DNA of 24,000 nucleotides from Phenylobacterium haematophilum (GTDB lineage Bacteria; Pseudomonadota; Alphaproteobacteria; Caulobacterales; Caulobacteraceae): NCBI RefSeq assembly GCF_014196295.1, contig NZ_JACIDK010000001.1, positions 204,785 to 228,784 of the forward strand, read 5' to 3'. Shown piece by piece: positions 21,674 to 24,000 of this stretch (position 1 is its first letter; each line of letters starts with the position of its first letter). The notes under the pieces were generated by a model. It saw only the letters and a program-made list of their open reading frames with translations, ran no database searches and was not told where the DNA came from. The position numbers and the translations under genes were made by a program.

Positions 21674-21886
21674 TCAGGCCGACAGGGCCTGCACGCGTCG
21701 CGCCCGGCGGTCATGGCGGAGCAGGGCGCCCGCGCTCACGAAACCCAGGATCATGGCGGTCCAGATGAGCGAGACTTCCGCCGCGCTGGCGACGGACGCG
21801 GCGGCGCCCTGGCCCCCGACGGCCGGGCTGGCCGCGGCCGCCATGCCTACGGCGAAGGCCAGCGTCGCCGGCAAGTGCTTCAACAT
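21674..21886 (-). CDS. 70-aa exported mini-protein with PEP-CTERM-like C-terminal anchor
   Basis: The track ORF extends to 22039. ATG 21886 gives MLKHLPATLAFAVGMAAAASPAVGGQGAAASVASAAEVSLIWTAMILGFVSAGALLRHDRRARRVQALSA. This is a signal-peptide-like N-terminus, a ~15-aa Ala/Gly linker, then E-x4-W, a TM helix and an Arg cluster. That tail is reminiscent of PEPxxWA/PEP-CTERM sorting tails but lacks the PEP tripeptide. GC3 is high. Confidence 0.45.
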   Translation of the reverse strand: MLKHLPATLAFAVGMAAAASPAVGGQGAAASVASAAEVSLIWTAMILGFVSAGALLRHDRRARRVQALSA

Positions 21887-21998
21887 CTTCGTCACGTCCT
21901 GACAAACCGCCGGGAAGCGGCCTTCATGGACGTGGGTATGGCGCGTTTCGAGGCGATCGCGCCAACAAGCTTTTGAAAAATAACGTAAACGAATGTAA

Positions 21999-22035
21999 CG
22001 CCCGCGACCCTGGAGTAGAGCCTGGAGCGCGGGCG
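21999..22035 (-). terminator. hairpin downstream of the DUF1428 gene
   Basis: CGCCCGCG (21999-22006) pairs with CGCGGGCG (22028-22035) as a perfect 8-bp stem. The loop carries CCTGGAG twice. On the minus strand it is followed by TTACATTCGTTTAC. Confidence 0.45.
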
Positions 22036-22046
22036 CCATCTGTGGG

Positions 22047-22400
22047 TCAGAGCTCGACGAAGCTCTCGAAGCCGCCGAAGATCATCCGCTGGCCGTCGAA
22101 CGGCATCTTGGCCGGGTCCATCTTGATGCGTGGATCGGCCATGACCTTGGCGTTGATCTCGTCGCGGGCCGCGCGCGAGGCGTAGACGATCCACGAGAAC
22201 ACTACGACCTCGTCGTCCTTGGCCTGGACGGCGCGCGGGAACGAGGTCACCTCGCCATAGGGCGTGTCGTCGCCGATGCATTCGACATAGGCCAGCGCGC
22301 CGTGGTCCTTCCAGACCTCGCCGGCGTTGCGGGCGATGTCCTTGTAGGCCTCGATGTTGGCCTTCGGCACGGCGAGCACGAAACCGTCGACATAGGGCAT
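22047..22400 (-). CDS. DUF1428-family protein
   Basis: 117 aa. MPYVDGFVLAVPKANIEAYKDIARNAGEVWKDHGAL...FGGFESFVEL matches my memory of the DUF1428 (YbaA-like) family. Strong AAAGGAGGAAGCC SD. Confidence 0.85.
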   Translation of the reverse strand: MPYVDGFVLAVPKANIEAYKDIARNAGEVWKDHGALAYVECIGDDTPYGEVTSFPRAVQAKDDEVVVFSWIVYASRAARDEINAKVMADPRIKMDPAKMPFDGQRMIFGGFESFVEL

Positions 22401-22437
22401 GGCTTCCTCCTTTGGGTTGTGCAGACCGAAGGACGTT

Positions 22438-22473
22438 CGCGCGGCGTCCGATCCGACAGCCGCGCGCTTTTTT
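22438..22473 (+). terminator. intrinsic-terminator-shaped hairpin with its T-tract on the plus strand
   Basis: CGCGCGGC-gtccgatccgaca-GCCGCGCG forms an 8-bp perfect stem, followed by CTTTTTT. It lies between two minus-strand genes. Confidence 0.5.
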
Positions 22474-22484
22474 CGAATACCCGA

Positions 22485-22895
22485 CTACTCGGCGGTCGTC
22501 GCCGGCCAGCGCCAGCGCCAGATCAGCAGCACCAGCGCGGTGATGATCAGGATCGCGAAGCCCGACAGCATCCAGGCGTTCAGGTACCAGTGCTCGCCCC
22601 AGGTGAACTTGCCGGACATGATCTTCGCCCAGCCGCGGAAGTGCTGCGTCGAGCCGACCGACAGGCCGAAGATCGCGAACACCGCCGACAGGTAACGGAC
22701 CAGCCAGTGCGCCGGGTTCGGCATGAGCAGCAGCAGCCCCAGCAGGCCGATCACCGTGCGCTGCGTGCGGCAGTAGGGGCAGTGATAGACGAGGCCCGCC
22801 CAGTCGACGCCCCAGGTCACGATGGCGACGGCGATCGCCGCCAGTCCGACGATCCGCCGGTGACGCAGCAGGATGTCGGGAAGATCGTTGAGCAT
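22485..22895 (-). CDS. DsbB-like polytopic membrane protein with a single CPYC motif
   Basis: 136 aa with ~4 TM segments. LVYHCPYCRTQRTVIG resembles the DsbB first-loop signature (C-x-x-C-x-x-[QE]-R). There are no further Cys in the protein. Confidence 0.6.
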   Translation of the reverse strand: MLNDLPDILLRHRRIVGLAAIAVAIVTWGVDWAGLVYHCPYCRTQRTVIGLLGLLLLMPNPAHWLVRYLSAVFAIFGLSVGSTQHFRGWAKIMSGKFTWGEHWYLNAWMLSGFAILIITALVLLIWRWRWPATTAE

Positions 22896-22986
22896 GGGCG
22901 CCCCCTCGGCCTGGAAACACGGCCAAAGAGGGCCTGACGCGCGACCATAGGCGCCGTCGTCGCGAACGAATAGCCCCGCGCGGGCG

Positions 22987-24000
22987 CTATCCGCTGTTGC
23001 GCAGTCCCGCGGCGACCCCGTTGATGGTCAGGTGGATGCCCTCGCGCACGGCCTCGGCGCCGTCGCCGGCGCGGCGGCGGCGGATCAGTTCGATCTGCAG
23101 GTGGTTGAGCGGGTCGATGTAGGGCAGGCGCGTGCGCAGCGCCTCGGCCAGGTCCGGGTGGCGGTCGAGCAGGGCGCTCTGGCCGCTGATGGTCAGCAGC
23201 GCTTCGACCGTCTTGTTCCACTCGGCCTCGATGCGTCCGAAGATCGTCTGCGCGAGGGCCTTGTCCTCGACCAGCCCGGCATAGCGCCGGGCGATCAGCA
23301 TGTCGCTCTTGGCCAGCACCATCTCCATGTTGGCGAGCGTGGTGGCGAAGAACGGCCAGGCCTCGTGCAGTTCGTTGAGCTCGGTGAGCGAGACGCCCGA
23401 GGCCTCGATCGCCGAGCCGAAGCCGTACCAGCCGGGCAGCATGGTCCGCGACTGCGACCACGAGAACACCCACGGGATCGCCCGCAGGCCTTCGATGCTG
23501 CGGGTCGGCTGGCGCGAGGCCGGCCGGCTGCCGATGTTCAGATCGACGATCTCGGTCAGCGGCGTGGCGGCATAGAAATAGTCCACGAATCCAGGGGTTT
23601 CGTAGACCAGATTGCGATAGGCCTCCATCGAGGCCTGGGACAGCTTGTCCAGCACCGGCGCGTGCTTCTCGCCCTGCCGCTCGGCCGAATCCTGGCGCAG
23701 CGAGGCCAGCACCACCCCGGCGGTGATGGTCTCCAGGCTCTGGTCGGCCAGCTGCGGGTCGGCGTACTTGTTTGCGACGACCTCGCCTTGCTCGGTAATG
23801 CGGATGCGCCCGCGCACCGTGCCTTCGGGCTGGGCCAGCAACGCCTCGTAGCTCGACCCGCCGCCGCGGCCGACCGTGCCGCCGCGGCCGTGGAACAGCT
23901 GCAGCCGCAATCCCATCGCCTCGGTGGTGGCCAGCAGCGCCCGCGAGCCCTGGTGCAGCTCCCAGGTCGAGGTCAGGTAGCTGCCGTCCTTGTTGGAGTC
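22987..24000 (-). CDS. ppc: phosphoenolpyruvate carboxylase, C-terminal part (N-terminus outside window)
   Basis: The frame is open to the right edge: ...DSNKDGSYLTSTWELHQGSRALLATTEAMGLRLQLFHGRGGTVGRGGG... . It ends in the family-typical ...AAGLRNSG*. FHGRGGxxGRGGG is the PEPC signature. Confidence 0.95.
   Translation of the reverse strand, partial: DSNKDGSYLTSTWELHQGSRALLATTEAMGLRLQLFHGRGGTVGRGGGSSYEALLAQPEGTVRGRIRITEQGEVVANKYADPQLADQSLETITAGVVLASLRQDSAERQGEKHAPVLDKLSQASMEAYRNLVYETPGFVDYFYAATPLTEIVDLNIGSRPASRQPTRSIEGLRAIPWVFSWSQSRTMLPGWYGFGSAIEASGVSLTELNELHEAWPFFATTLANMEMVLAKSDMLIARRYAGLVEDKALAQTIFGRIEAEWNKTVEALLTISGQSALLDRHPDLAEALRTRLPYIDPLNHLQIELIRRRRAGDGAEAVREGIHLTINGVAAGLRNSG

Noticed and set aside
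21961-22000. AT-rich stretch CAACAAGCTTTTGAAAAATAACGTAAACGAATGTAACG, as a possible ninth box or EcfG-type promoter (CGTT repeats on the minus strand)
   Set aside because: CAACAAGCT lacks the TG of the core and has no AGT 10 nt upstream. No GGAAC -35 lies at the proper distance from any CGTT. It is probably just the promoter region of the mini-protein gene.
22975-22984. Perfect palindrome CCCGCGCGGG next to the ppc stop, as a terminator
   Set aside because: As a hairpin it can form only ~3 bp plus a loop, and the extended pairing has mismatches. It is too weak to call.
1-24000. Search for tRNA/rRNA genes, CRISPR arrays, IS elements, integrases, toxin-antitoxin or defence cassettes
   Set aside because: I found no repeat-spacer periodicity, no cloverleaf-like or rRNA-like conserved stretches, no terminal inverted repeats flanking a transposase-like ORF, and no small paired ORFs of TA type. 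The window appears free of these.

Overview
This is a high-GC (roughly two-thirds G+C) alphaproteobacterial-type chromosomal window. The Caulobacter/Phenylobacterium/sphingomonad flavour is inference from codon usage and gene types only. I support about 27 real genes. Most of the long Arg/Pro/Gly-rich ORFs in the six-frame track are off-frame or antisense shadows of these genes.

Positions 1-21480 read as one accessory-looking catabolic island. It encodes:
- three different AMP-dependent CoA ligases
- a degradative thiolase and an SCP-x-type thiolase
- a DapB-like NAD(P) oxidoreductase and two SDRs
- a DUF1295-type membrane protein
- two tandem limonene-epoxide-hydrolase-like (NTF2-fold) proteins
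- a nitronate-monooxygenase-family flavoenzyme
- a carotenoid/stilbene-cleavage oxygenase with all four His-ligand motifs
- one TetR regulator, an MFS transporter, a small secreted protein and a TonB-dependent receptor

The strongest signal not explained by genes is an 18-bp box, MAGT-N6-ATG(C/A)AAGY. It occurs 8 times, exclusively in the AT-rich promoter gaps of this island, and twice as direct pairs 56-58 bp apart. It looks like the operator or promoter signature of a single regulon.

A second motif, CCAACTGG...AAWTTGMAAC, links the tetR leader with the oxygenase/CoA-ligase divergent promoter.

Other oddities:
- an in-frame internally deleted alpha/beta-hydrolase remnant
- a probable frameshifted anchored protein
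- SD-sequestering hairpins
- a 70-aa signal-peptide plus PEP-CTERM-like mini-protein
- a DsbB-like protein with only one CxxC

The right flank (DUF1428, DsbB-like, ppc) looks like core genome. I saw no tRNA/rRNA, CRISPR, IS element or integrase. All family names come from reading the translations; no searches were run.
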